In this document: piece after piece, positions 9,731-18,639 of the stretch
Numbering within the stretch: position 1 is the stretch's first letter
Layout of the letters: each line of letters opens with the position of its first letter
NCBI GenBank assembly: GCA_963666215.2
Contig: CAXWPL010000005.1
Span: forward strand, 512,001 to 576,000
Reading direction: 5' to 3'
Source of the DNA: Acidobacteriota bacterium
Lineage (GTDB): Bacteria > Acidobacteriota > UBA890 > WLXD01
DNA: 64,000 nucleotides
The notes under the pieces: generated by a model
The model's database searches: none
What the model saw: only the letters and a program-made list of their open reading frames with translations
Told to the model about the DNA's origin: nothing
Made by a program: the position numbers and the translations under genes

Positions 9731-10075
9731 ATGAACCTTACGCCTGAGTACACCGACACGTATTTGGAGCGGCTCGCCTCTCCGATCGAGAAGTTCGATC
9801 TCGATTCGTGCCGGCAGTTGTACCTATCGATCATCGAACTGGCCGTGCACGACTACCGCTTCCTGCAGCGCATGAAGAGCCAAGAGCAGACCTCTCGCTA
9901 CGATCGCAAGAAATTGCGTCAGATGACCGAGGACGGCGATCCGCGTGAGTTCTTCACCGGTCGCTGGTTCGAGCAGGTATGCGACTACATCGGCGTCAAG
10001 CCCGACCTGATCCGCGAGCGCCTGGCGCACGAGGATGAGGATCTGCCGATGAGCACAGAGGCGCTGGTCGCCTAG
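9731..10075 (+). CDS. Small hypothetical helical protein (114 aa)
   Basis: ATG at 9731, coding-like codon usage, followed by a terminator. Confidence 0.75.
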   Translation: MNLTPEYTDTYLERLASPIEKFDLDSCRQLYLSIIELAVHDYRFLQRMKSQEQTSRYDRKKLRQMTEDGDPREFFTGRWFEQVCDYIGVKPDLIRERLAHEDEDLPMSTEALVA

Positions 10076-10126
10076 GTAAGACCTGCGGACTGGCTCGCTG
10101 GAGCCGGCACGGAGCACGCAAATTCG

Positions 10127-10163
10127 AAGAGCCCGGCGGGAACCCTCCCGCCGGGCTCTTTCG
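10127..10163. terminator. Intrinsic, probably bidirectional, terminator
   Basis: 15-bp perfect stem AAGAGCCCGGCGGGA / TCCCGCCGGGCTCTT between convergent genes. Confidence 0.8.
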
Positions 10164-10189
10164 CGGCCCCTGGCAGACCGCAGCGAGCA

Positions 10190-11554
10190 CTACTGCTCGA
10201 TCATGCGGATCAGAAAGTCGATCGTCTCTTCGGAGTCGCTCATCGCCAAAGCCTGAACGATCCGCTTGCGCATCTCGGGGTCAGACTCGCGCTCGAATAG
10301 CTGGATGAGCGTCGAGGCCTCACCACGGCTCCAGAACACATGCAGGATCTGCGACCGCAGCTCCGTGTCGGTCTCGGTGCCGTAGAGCTCTAGAAGTTGC
10401 TCGGCGACGTCGGCTGTGGCCGCATCGTCGCCATGCGCAGCCATCGTCAATCCGCGCAACGCCGCGAGCCGCAACCGAGGCTCCGACTCCGTGCGAACAA
10501 TCTGCAACAGGCGGGTGGTGGCGCCACGAGAAAACATCGATTGCAGGATGACTTCCTTCACCTCGATGGAGCTCTCGCTCTCGTAGAGCGCCCAAAGATC
10601 CGACATCGCGTTGTCGGCGTCGCCCATCATCGCCATGGCGCGAATCGCCGCTGTGCGCAGCTCCACGTCGGTATCGTCGCGGGCAACCGCGAGAACTCGG
10701 TCCGGCGCGCCGGCCATCATGAAGCCCTGCAGAATCGCGCCCTTGATCTCTGCATCGCCACTAGCGGCGTAGATCTCCGCCATCACCTCAACGCCACGAT
10801 CCTGCCGAAACATGCCCAGATGGCGCAGCGCCCGCAGCTGCAGCTCTCGATTGTCGCCATTGCGCGCGATGTCGGCGGCGATGTCGAAGGCGCGCTCGGA
10901 GTTGCTCTGCATGAGCACGAACAGCGCGCGTTCCTTGAGCTCCACGGGATTGTCTTCGGAGAGCAAGCGCTCGAGCAGCGGCAGCGCCCGATCGCTGTCG
11001 ACGTGCATGAGCGTGTTGATAGCGTAGAGCCGCAGGTCGTCATCGTCCTCCTCGGCAACACCACCGGCCGCGCCAATGGTCTGCTCGATCTCCGCGCGCA
11101 GGTAGCGTGCGTCGTCGAGCCACCGACTCGCCGGGAAGCGTTGCTCGAGCTCGCGCAACGACGCAACGGCATCGGTTGGGCTGCCATTCTTCGAGTGCGC
11201 GAACGCGATCCAATAGAGCGCACCATCGGCACGCTCGTCCCCCTCCTCGAAGGCCGCACGAAACAACTCGATGGCCTCCTCCCAACGTTCGGCGTCGAGC
11301 TGGGAGGTGGCGAGCTCGTACGTAGTTTGAACCGCGCGCAGAGCCTCCCCTCCGCCCAACCAGGTACTACCCGTCGCCATGCCGGTGACGGCCATCGAGG
11401 ACGTGGCAGCTAGCAGGACGCCGACCAGCGCCAGCGCTAAAGTCCTGAGCGCCGTGGCCGACTTCGGGGCCTCTCGGGACTTTCGGAGCTGCCACGGCTT
11501 CAGGGTCATGGGTATCTGTCCTTTGTTCTCGGTCGACTCTGAGTTGAGCGTCAT
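10190..11554 (-). CDS. Exported TPR + HEAT-repeat protein
   Basis: Signal peptide; ADGALYWIAFA..FPASRWLDDA TPR; repeated LKERALFVL / LRTAAIRAM HEAT units. Confidence 0.8.
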   Translation of the reverse strand: MTLNSESTENKGQIPMTLKPWQLRKSREAPKSATALRTLALALVGVLLAATSSMAVTGMATGSTWLGGGEALRAVQTTYELATSQLDAERWEEAIELFRAAFEEGDERADGALYWIAFAHSKNGSPTDAVASLRELEQRFPASRWLDDARYLRAEIEQTIGAAGGVAEEDDDDLRLYAINTLMHVDSDRALPLLERLLSEDNPVELKERALFVLMQSNSERAFDIAADIARNGDNRELQLRALRHLGMFRQDRGVEVMAEIYAASGDAEIKGAILQGFMMAGAPDRVLAVARDDTDVELRTAAIRAMAMMGDADNAMSDLWALYESESSIEVKEVILQSMFSRGATTRLLQIVRTESEPRLRLAALRGLTMAAHGDDAATADVAEQLLELYGTETDTELRSQILHVFWSRGEASTLIQLFERESDPEMRKRIVQALAMSDSEETIDFLIRMIEQ

Positions 11555-11682
11555 GGCGTCGTCTCGTCCTGTTGTTGAAGAAGCAAGGCTTCGGCGCCGA
11601 GTCTTCGACGGCGTGGTGAGTTGGTCGATTCAGGCGTGGGTGATTCGGTCGATTCCGTTGAGGGGGAAAGGGAGTTGGGTCA

Positions 11683-12567
11683 TCACATCGGCCCCGTTGG
11701 CGCTCGAGCACCAGCAGCGCCGACGGTTTGGCGATCGGCCCCGGCGCGCGCGACGCGCACCTTGAAGAGCAGGTCGCCCGATTCGATGCGCTGCTGCAAC
11801 CACGCCAGCCGCGACGGCCCCATCGCGGCAGGAGGCATGCGCGCCACCTCGAGGAGCACCAACTCGAGCTCCCCGAGCAGCTTCTCCAGAGCCTGGTGCT
11901 GCCCCAGTCGCGCGCTCTGCCGGTAAACGCGGTTATCAGCGACGAGCTCGGCGGCACGATCGACGAAGCGATTCAACGATTTGTCGGGAACGCCGTTGAC
12001 CAGCTCGGCGAGGACCACCTGTGAGCGATCGAGGTGCGCGGCCACCGTTTGCAGCAACACCGATGGCCCACCCTCGTCGGCAGGACGCCCGATCGGCGAA
12101 GGCAGCAGCCAACCCAGCACGAACGCTACCGCCACAACGGCGGCAGCCGCCGCGAGTGGCATGAGCGTCCGTCGGCGGAGCCAGTCCAGTTGTCGCCCAC
12201 GCCCGCCTCCCCGACTCAACGGTGGCGTTGGCCTCGGCCCCGGCCGGTTGGAATTGGCCGCTCGCGCGACGATCCCCCTCTGCAGCAGGTTGGAACGCTG
12301 TCGCTGCCAAATGCGGTCTTGCAAACCGACGTCGACCTCCGGGATCCCCTCGCTGGAGATCGTGGCGATCCACTCGAGTTGTCGATCGAGGCCAAGCGCG
12401 CGTTCTTGGCACCTCTCGCATTCCTGTAGATGCTCGGCCACGACTTGCCGATCGTCGGCGTCGCCAAGCCGGCTGAGCACCAGCTGGCGCTCGCTCAGAT
12501 GCCCGGCCGGCGCCTCACCGAGCCCGACCCGGTCGTCCTCGACCTGCTCACGAATACGATCACTCAT
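11683..12567 (-). CDS. Zinc-finger anti-sigma factor
   Basis: HLQECERC (HxxxCxxC), single TM helix, overlaps the sigma gene stop. Confidence 0.8.
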   Translation of the reverse strand: MSDRIREQVEDDRVGLGEAPAGHLSERQLVLSRLGDADDRQVVAEHLQECERCQERALGLDRQLEWIATISSEGIPEVDVGLQDRIWQRQRSNLLQRGIVARAANSNRPGPRPTPPLSRGGGRGRQLDWLRRRTLMPLAAAAAVVAVAFVLGWLLPSPIGRPADEGGPSVLLQTVAAHLDRSQVVLAELVNGVPDKSLNRFVDRAAELVADNRVYRQSARLGQHQALEKLLGELELVLLEVARMPPAAMGPSRLAWLQQRIESGDLLFKVRVARAGADRQTVGAAGARAPTGPM

Positions 12568-13170
12568 CGGGCTTCTGTCGCCAGCGGCTGCAACCGTTCG
12601 CGGAGCTTGCGCACGGCTCGGAAAATCGTGTTCTTCACCGCGTTGTCGCTGCTCTCGAGCACGGCGCCAATTTCGCGAATCGACATCCCCTGCTGATGGC
12701 GCAGCACAAAGGCGGTCCTCTCGGTGGGGCTCAGGAGTTCCATGGCATGCAGAACCCGGTCACCGACCTCGGTGCCAAAGGGCAACCCGTTCGGGGCCGG
12801 CCGCCGGGCTTGGGACGCTTTGCAGGAGCCCCAGCGCTGTCGGAAGGCCACCCTTCTCATCGCCGGCCGACACCTCGCGCACTCGACGGGGCCCTTCGTG
12901 GCGGTCACGCCGGCGCAGAAAATCGATGGCGCAGTTGCTAGTGACCCGGTGCAGCCAGGTGCCGAACCGTGCCTCCGCGCGGAACTCGGGCAACTTCTGA
13001 AAGGCTCGCAGAAAGGCTTCTTGCACCACTTCCTCCGCGTCTTCCGGACGCCGTGTGATTCGAAACGCGAGCGCGTAGACACGTCGTGCGTGCCGCTCCA
13101 CGAGCAGCCGAAACGCCTCTTCGTCGCCGGCCTGAGCACGAACAACGATGTCGGTTTCATTCGCGTCCAT
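12564..13170 (-). pseudogene. ECF sigma-70 factor, 1-nt frameshift near 12780 (possibly a sequencing error)
   Basis: Region 2 (DAEEVVQEAFLRAF, FGTWLHRV) and region 4 (LSPTERTAFVLRH..SIREIG..VKNTIFRA) lie in different frames. Confidence 0.8.
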
Positions 13171-13267
13171 CGCTACCTTCTACGACGAAGCTCATCGATC
13201 CACGGTTAGCCGAGCGTCGCACGGTTCTATCCCGGAGCGCCATCTCGCAATCTGATAGCGAGATCTC

Positions 13268-13293
13268 TGAAACCTCCGCTGCGTCGCCGCGTA
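13268..13293 (+). promoter_or_regulatory. ECF (SigW-like) promoter
   Basis: TGAAAC-N16-CGTA upstream of the gene at 13410. Confidence 0.6.
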
Positions 13294-13409
13294 CTAACCA
13301 TTCAGACGTTGCCAAGCCCGCGAGGACAACAAACAATGGCCTTGGCGCAGGCGGCGTACGAAGACAGCGTTTCTATTTCATGCATCAGCGTCCCAACCGG
13401 GAGAGAACC

Positions 13410-13976
13410 ATGCGCAAATCCCTCGCTGCAGCCGCACTCGTCGCAACCCTGCTGTGGTCCGGCGCCGCCGCCGCCCAGACGTCATGGATCCATGTTCGAG
13501 TGATGCAAGACGACGGTGCCAAGGTCAACGTCAACCTGCCGATGTCGCTGATCGAGGTCGCGCTCGACATCGCCGGCAAGGAGATCATGAAAGAGGGCCA
13601 TCACATGCGGTTCGGCGATCACTCCGACGTCGACCTCGAAGACATCCGCCGCATCTGGAGCGAGCTGCGCGAATCGGGTGATGCCGAGTACGTCAACGCC
13701 GTCGACGGCGACGACCACGTGCGCATCTTCCGCGAGGGCGATCGGGTTTCGATTCACGTCGACGACACCGGCAGCGACGCGGCGGACAATGCGAAGGTTC
13801 GCATCGAAGTGCCCTTCTCCATTGTCGACGTGCTCCTGCAGGGCGAAGGTGACGAGCTCAATCTCGGCGGTGCGATCCGCGAGCTCGCCAACGCCGATTT
13901 GGGTAGCCTGGTCAGCATCCGCGACGACGAGACCGAGGTCGATGTCTGGATCGACAACAACAGCAGCCAGAACTGA
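13410..13976 (+). CDS. Exported hypothetical protein
   Basis: GGGAG RBS, signal peptide ending AAA|Q, internal repeat KVNVNLPMSL / KVRIEVPFSI. Confidence 0.75.
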   Translation: MRKSLAAAALVATLLWSGAAAAQTSWIHVRVMQDDGAKVNVNLPMSLIEVALDIAGKEIMKEGHHMRFGDHSDVDLEDIRRIWSELRESGDAEYVNAVDGDDHVRIFREGDRVSIHVDDTGSDAADNAKVRIEVPFSIVDVLLQGEGDELNLGGAIRELANADLGSLVSIRDDETEVDVWIDNNSSQN

Positions 13977-13985
13977 GGCGGCATC

Positions 13986-14504
13986 ATGATGAAGCTTCTT
14001 GCACTCACGCTGATCCCGGTCGCGCTGGTTGGCGGTGTCGTGGCGAACTCCTCGGTGCTGCTGGTCGATGTCAACGACGGTGACACGCACATCTTCGTGC
14101 CGGTACCCTTGTCACTGGCGCAGGTGGCCCTGGCTTTCGCTCCCGACGCGGTTAAGCGGATCCAGGTACCCGAGCTTGCGGAGTACATTCCGCATCTCGA
14201 GCGCGTGATCCAGGAACTGCGGGACGCACCCGACGCAGTGTTCGTTACGGTGGAAGACGGCAACGACTTCGTCACCGTCACCAAAGTAGGCGACCTGCTC
14301 AAGGTCAGCGTCATCGGCGGACGCAACGAGAAGGTCGATGTCTCGATCCCGATGGCGGCCCTGACCGCGATGCTGAATGCCTATGACGCCGAAGAGGGCT
14401 ACTTCCGCACCTCCAAGCTGGTCGGCGCCCTGCGCGCCGCTCCCAGCGGCCAGTTGGTGCACGTGCTCGATGGCAACGAGGAGGTCAGCGTCCGCATGTG
14501 GTAG
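13986..14504 (+). CDS. Membrane-anchored hypothetical protein, likely paralog of the upstream gene
   Basis: GAGG RBS, hydrophobic N-terminus, IFVPVPLSL / KVDVSIPMAAL repeats. Confidence 0.7.
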   Translation: MMKLLALTLIPVALVGGVVANSSVLLVDVNDGDTHIFVPVPLSLAQVALAFAPDAVKRIQVPELAEYIPHLERVIQELRDAPDAVFVTVEDGNDFVTVTKVGDLLKVSVIGGRNEKVDVSIPMAALTAMLNAYDAEEGYFRTSKLVGALRAAPSGQLVHVLDGNEEVSVRMW

Positions 14505-14552
14505 GCGCCGGCAGCTCGGAGATGAGCTGCTGAGACCGAAGAGCGGCTATTT

Positions 14553-14583
14553 CGGGCCCCGGGAAGAGCCTTCCCGGGGCCCG
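14553..14583 (+). terminator. GC-rich hairpin, probable terminator
   Basis: 14-bp perfect stem CGGGCCCCGGGAAG / CTTCCCGGGGCCCG. Confidence 0.6.
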
Positions 14584-14624
14584 TTGTACGTTGTGCCGCC
14601 GCCCATCCGTTATACGTTAGGGCC

Positions 14625-17033
14625 ATGTTGAATCCGAGGCTCACCGTCCGCGCCGCCGCGTCGCTCGCCACACTCCTGGTGGTGGCCGGTTGCGCCGCCA
14701 ACAACGACGTCGCATTCGACTTCGCGGCCTCGTTCGATCTGGCCGAAGCGTCGATCGAGACCGAGCTCATCGATATCGGCTCCGCGGCGGCGCGCCCCTA
14801 CATGCCGATCGGATGGACATCCGATGACGAACGCTGGGCCGGACGAGCCGATCGCACCTTTGTGTGGAACAGCGGCGAGTATTCGGTGGTCCGTTTCTTC
14901 GTCTTCGAGCCGCGCGACGTGCCCGTCGAGATGGTCGGCTGGCCCAACCCCCAAAGCCCGCCGCTGCAGCAGATCCAACTGGTGGTCAACGGTTCGCCGC
15001 TGACGCGCATCGAGCCGCTGCCGGGGAGTCAGACCTACCACACGACGATCCCCTCCCGCATTCTTCGCGCCGGCGAGAACACGCTGGCGTTCGAGTACAC
15101 GCAAGGAGCGTCACGCGGCCGTATCGAGGGCCCCGGCCGTGGAAGCCGGCGCTTCGCCTGGGATCGTGTCGCCTTCTCCGACGCCGTCGCCACCGCGCTG
15201 CCGCGCGCCGATCTCGGAACCCAACCTGCGCTCCTGCTGCCGCGATCATCCGAGGCCAACTACTTTCTGCGCTGGCCACGGGGCGCGCATCTGACAATCG
15301 ACTCGGTGCGACCATTCGGGCCTCCGCTGAGCGGCTCGAGCGGACGTCTGACGATCGTCGCCGACCTCGTTGGCGGCGACTTCCGATCGATCAAGCTGGC
15401 AGAAGTTGACGTCGCCGTCAACCACGGGTCGCTCGAGCTCCAGCTGCCCGCGGACGCCTGGGATTCCGATGGCGACCCTACAGATCACGCCGAGGCTCGC
15501 ATCACGTTTCGCCTCGAGCCCCCGGCAGATCTCGATGCGCGTGCCCGCATGAATGAGGAGTCGGGCGGGGTCCTGCTCGAGCGGCCGATGTTGAACGGCG
15601 CCGCCGCGCCGATCCTGGACCGCAGCGCTCCGTCACTGCCGTGGGCGGACGGGGATGGAAGCACGCCTCCCAACATCATTGTCTATCTGGTGGACACGCT
15701 ACGCGCCGACCACCTGGGTGCCTACGGCTATCCCGTTCCGACCTCGCCGAACATCGATGCGTTTGCCGCCGACGCCGTGCTGTTCGAGCGCGCGATGGCG
15801 CAGTCCGCCTGGACCCGTACCTCGATTGCGTCGATCTTCACAGGGCTGTACCCACGCTCGCACGACATCAACGGGCGTAACGACTCTCTTCCCGACAACA
15901 CCGCCACGATGGCGCAGCGGCTGCGCGACGCCGGCTATGTGACGGCTGGATTCACCACCAACGGCAATGTGTCGTCGCACTTCGGGTTCGATATCGGCTT
16001 CGACGACTACGTCCACCTGCGCGAAACCAAGACCGCGGAGATCCATCAGCTCTCCGACGCCCTCAACGAGCAGGCCTTCGATTGGCTGCGGCGACGGCCG
16101 CCCGACACACCCTTCTTTCTGTATCTACATGCCACCGACCCGCACGCGCCGTACGAACCGCGGGAGCCGTTCCGTGAGCGCTTCGCGTCGAATCTGAACT
16201 TCCCCGGCCTGTCGAAACCGCGCGAGATCGGCGGGCGCGTTGCGGCCGGAGAGCGCGAGGACGCCCGGCTTCTGGTCCGCGACGACTTCGTCAAGCTCTA
16301 CGACGCGGAGATCGCCTTCAACGACATGCACTTCGGCCGCCTGCTCGACCATCTTCGCGCCGAGGGCCTCTACGACAACACGATCATCGTGCTCGTCTCG
16401 GATCACGGCGAGGAGTTCTACGACCACCGCAACTGGGAACACGGCAAGTCGCTCTACGAAGAACAGTTGCACGTGCCTCTGATCGTCCGGTTTCCCGGTA
16501 GCTGGGAAGCCGGGCGACGAGTCTCGGAGCTCGCCGAGCACATCGACATCCTGCCGACCCTGCTCGAAGCGATCGGGCGCGCTGACGCGACCACGCAGGC
16601 CGACTTCGACCCAGCAACAGGCCTCGACGGCACGATGAGGCTACCTGGTAAGAGCTTGCTCGCGGCGGCCGTGCGGGCGGGCGCAAACGGGCAGACCACG
16701 GACAGCCGACCCGCGCTTCCCTACCTCGATCTGGATGGGCGCAACTTCGACGCCATCGTGACCGACCGCTTCACGCTGGTCCGCCACTACCCGATCCGAG
16801 GAGCGGGGAACCTAGAGCTCTACGACCTGGTGGCAGACCCGTCGCAGCAGCACAACTTGGCGATTGCGCGCCCTGCGCTTCGCGGCTACCTGCTGAACCT
16901 ACTGCGCGACGCGACGGAGCTGCAAAGCCACCTGATGACCGCCGGTGAAGGGCGCGCCGACCCGGAGCTTCGAGAACGACTGCGCCCTCTCTGCCAACGT
17001 GGGGTGAGACGATGGAGGTTGGATAATTACTGA
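14625..17033 (+). CDS. Sulfatase-family lipoprotein; native C-terminus (ALGYVQ*) displaced to 18600-18620 by an IS
   Basis: Lipobox VAGC; PNIIVYLVDTLRADHLG, DPHAPY, SDHGEEF, HVPLIV. Confidence 0.88.
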   Translation: MLNPRLTVRAAASLATLLVVAGCAANNDVAFDFAASFDLAEASIETELIDIGSAAARPYMPIGWTSDDERWAGRADRTFVWNSGEYSVVRFFVFEPRDVPVEMVGWPNPQSPPLQQIQLVVNGSPLTRIEPLPGSQTYHTTIPSRILRAGENTLAFEYTQGASRGRIEGPGRGSRRFAWDRVAFSDAVATALPRADLGTQPALLLPRSSEANYFLRWPRGAHLTIDSVRPFGPPLSGSSGRLTIVADLVGGDFRSIKLAEVDVAVNHGSLELQLPADAWDSDGDPTDHAEARITFRLEPPADLDARARMNEESGGVLLERPMLNGAAAPILDRSAPSLPWADGDGSTPPNIIVYLVDTLRADHLGAYGYPVPTSPNIDAFAADAVLFERAMAQSAWTRTSIASIFTGLYPRSHDINGRNDSLPDNTATMAQRLRDAGYVTAGFTTNGNVSSHFGFDIGFDDYVHLRETKTAEIHQLSDALNEQAFDWLRRRPPDTPFFLYLHATDPHAPYEPREPFRERFASNLNFPGLSKPREIGGRVAAGEREDARLLVRDDFVKLYDAEIAFNDMHFGRLLDHLRAEGLYDNTIIVLVSDHGEEFYDHRNWEHGKSLYEEQLHVPLIVRFPGSWEAGRRVSELAEHIDILPTLLEAIGRADATTQADFDPATGLDGTMRLPGKSLLAAAVRAGANGQTTDSRPALPYLDLDGRNFDAIVTDRFTLVRHYPIRGAGNLELYDLVADPSQQHNLAIARPALRGYLLNLLRDATELQSHLMTAGEGRADPELRERLRPLCQRGVRRWRLDNY

Positions 17034-18595
17034 GGAAGAGGGCGAGGTCGGAGACACAAGAATGTCGGAGTTGAGCAACAACGGTGCAGGAGACCACGAG
17101 GCCACCGGACGTCCGGTGCAGGGAGCCGGAGGCGACCGAAAGCGGACGTCGCGCGAGCCCGCGGTCCCGGCCCCCGACCCCCAGTTGGTCGAGCGATCAC
17201 GGCGCCGCAAGTTCACCGCCGAGTACAAGGTCCGGGTGGTGCGCGAGGCGGACGGGTGCTCGAAGCCCGGCGAGGTCGGCGCGCTGCTGCGGCGCGAGGG
17301 GCTGTACTCGTCGCATCTGTCGGTGTGGCGCAAGCAGCGTGACGCCGGGGCATTGGTGGCGCTGGCTAAGCTACGCGGCCGGCCGGCGCCCGATCCCCGA
17401 GACGCGCAGCTTGCCAACCTGCGTCGCCGAGCCGAGCGGGCCGAGGCGGAGCTCGAGAAGGCACGGCGAGTAATCGAGGTGCAGGGAAACGTCTCCGCGC
17501 TTCTGGGAGAGCTGCTCGAGCCCAGGGGCGCCAACGCGACTACCAAGCGATGATCGAGCAGACCGTCGAACAACTCACTCCCATCATCGGGACTCGCCCG
17601 GCGTGCCGGACGCTGGGCGCCTCGCACGCGACGATCTACCGCCGCCGTCGGCCGCCTGCGCGCCGACCGAGCCGTCCGCGGCCCAAGCCGGCGAGGGCGC
17701 TGTCGGAGCCTGAACGTCACGAGGTGCTCGCCGAGTTGCATAGTGAGCGCTTCGTCGACTGCGCTCCTGCCCAGGTATGGGCGACGCTGCTGGACGAAGG
17801 CCGCTACCTGGCATCGGAGCGCACGATGTACCGGATCCTCGCCGCCCAGGGCGAGGGCGGCGAGCGGCGCAACCAGCTCGTGCACCCGCCCTACAACAAG
17901 CCCGAGCTGCTCGCCGAGCGAGTCAATGAGGTGTGGTCGTGGGACATATCCAAACTGCGAGGCCCTGCCAAGTGGACCTACTTCTACCTGTACGTCATCC
18001 TCGACGTGTTCAGCCGCTACGTGGTGGGCTGGACTCTCCAGCACCGCGAGAGCGGTCCCTTGGCCGAGCAGCTCATCGACCAGGCGCTGCTCCAGCAACG
18101 CATCGGACCTGATCAGCTCACCATCCACGCCGACCGCGGCAGCTCGATGACCTCCAAGCCGGTCGCCTTCCTGCTCGCCGATCTCGGGGTCACCAAGACA
18201 CACTCGCGGCCCTACACCTCGTCGGACAATCCCTACTCGGAGGCCCACTTCAGGACGCTCAAGTACCGACCCGAGTTCCCTGCTCGCTTCGAGTCGATCG
18301 AACACGCCCGTCTCTTTTGCCGCATGTTCTTCCACTGGTACAACCACCAGCATCGCCACTCGGGCATCGGCCTGATGACTCCGGCGACGGTGCAGTATGG
18401 GCTCGCCCAGCAGACCCGCGACCGGCGTGCCGAAGTCCTGCTGGCCGCCTACCGGGCGCGACCTGAGCGCTTCGTCAACCACCCAACCCAGCCCGCCGGC
18501 GATCCCCACCGCCGTCTGGATCAACAAGCCTGCCACCCTCGAGAATGCTCACTAATTACTCGTGACCACCGTCTCATCCGCGTTGACAGGCACCG
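16986..18595 (+). mobile_element. IS3-family insertion sequence with 4-bp target duplication GCGC
   Basis: Imperfect 30-bp IRs; GCGC at 16982-16985 and 18596-18599; removing it restores LRERLRALGYVQ*. Confidence 0.88.
17062..17553 (+). CDS. IS3 transposase OrfA
   Basis: RRKFTAEYKVRVVREAD..LLRREGLYSSHL HTH. Confidence 0.85.
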   Translation: MSELSNNGAGDHEATGRPVQGAGGDRKRTSREPAVPAPDPQLVERSRRRKFTAEYKVRVVREADGCSKPGEVGALLRREGLYSSHLSVWRKQRDAGALVALAKLRGRPAPDPRDAQLANLRRRAERAEAELEKARRVIEVQGNVSALLGELLEPRGANATTKR

Positions 18596-18620
18596 GCGCG
18601 CTCTGGGTTACGTGCAGTAA
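17550..18620 (+). CDS. IS3 transposase OrfB (rve DDE); tail frameshifted near 18485
   Basis: WSWDI, LDVFSRYVVGW, HADRG, DNPYSEA; canonical AVWINKP tail is in the +1 frame. Confidence 0.88.
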   Translation: MIEQTVEQLTPIIGTRPACRTLGASHATIYRRRRPPARRPSRPRPKPARALSEPERHEVLAELHSERFVDCAPAQVWATLLDEGRYLASERTMYRILAAQGEGGERRNQLVHPPYNKPELLAERVNEVWSWDISKLRGPAKWTYFYLYVILDVFSRYVVGWTLQHRESGPLAEQLIDQALLQQRIGPDQLTIHADRGSSMTSKPVAFLLADLGVTKTHSRPYTSSDNPYSEAHFRTLKYRPEFPARFESIEHARLFCRMFFHWYNHQHRHSGIGLMTPATVQYGLAQQTRDRRAEVLLAAYRARPERFVNHPTQPAGDPHRRLDQQACHPRECSLITRDHRLIRVDRHRRALGYVQ

Positions 18621-18639
18621 CAATCGCCTGCGGCTGCCG

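Noticed and set aside
12770-12790. Programmed +1 frameshift in the ECF sigma (CUU-U)
   Set aside because: No in-frame stop at the shift site or upstream SD as in prfB; similar indels occur throughout the window
16899-18536. Long antisense or alternate-frame ORFs (this one, 35382-37013, 40085-41317 and others)
   Set aside because: Shadow ORFs expected in high-GC DNA, overlapping well-supported genes
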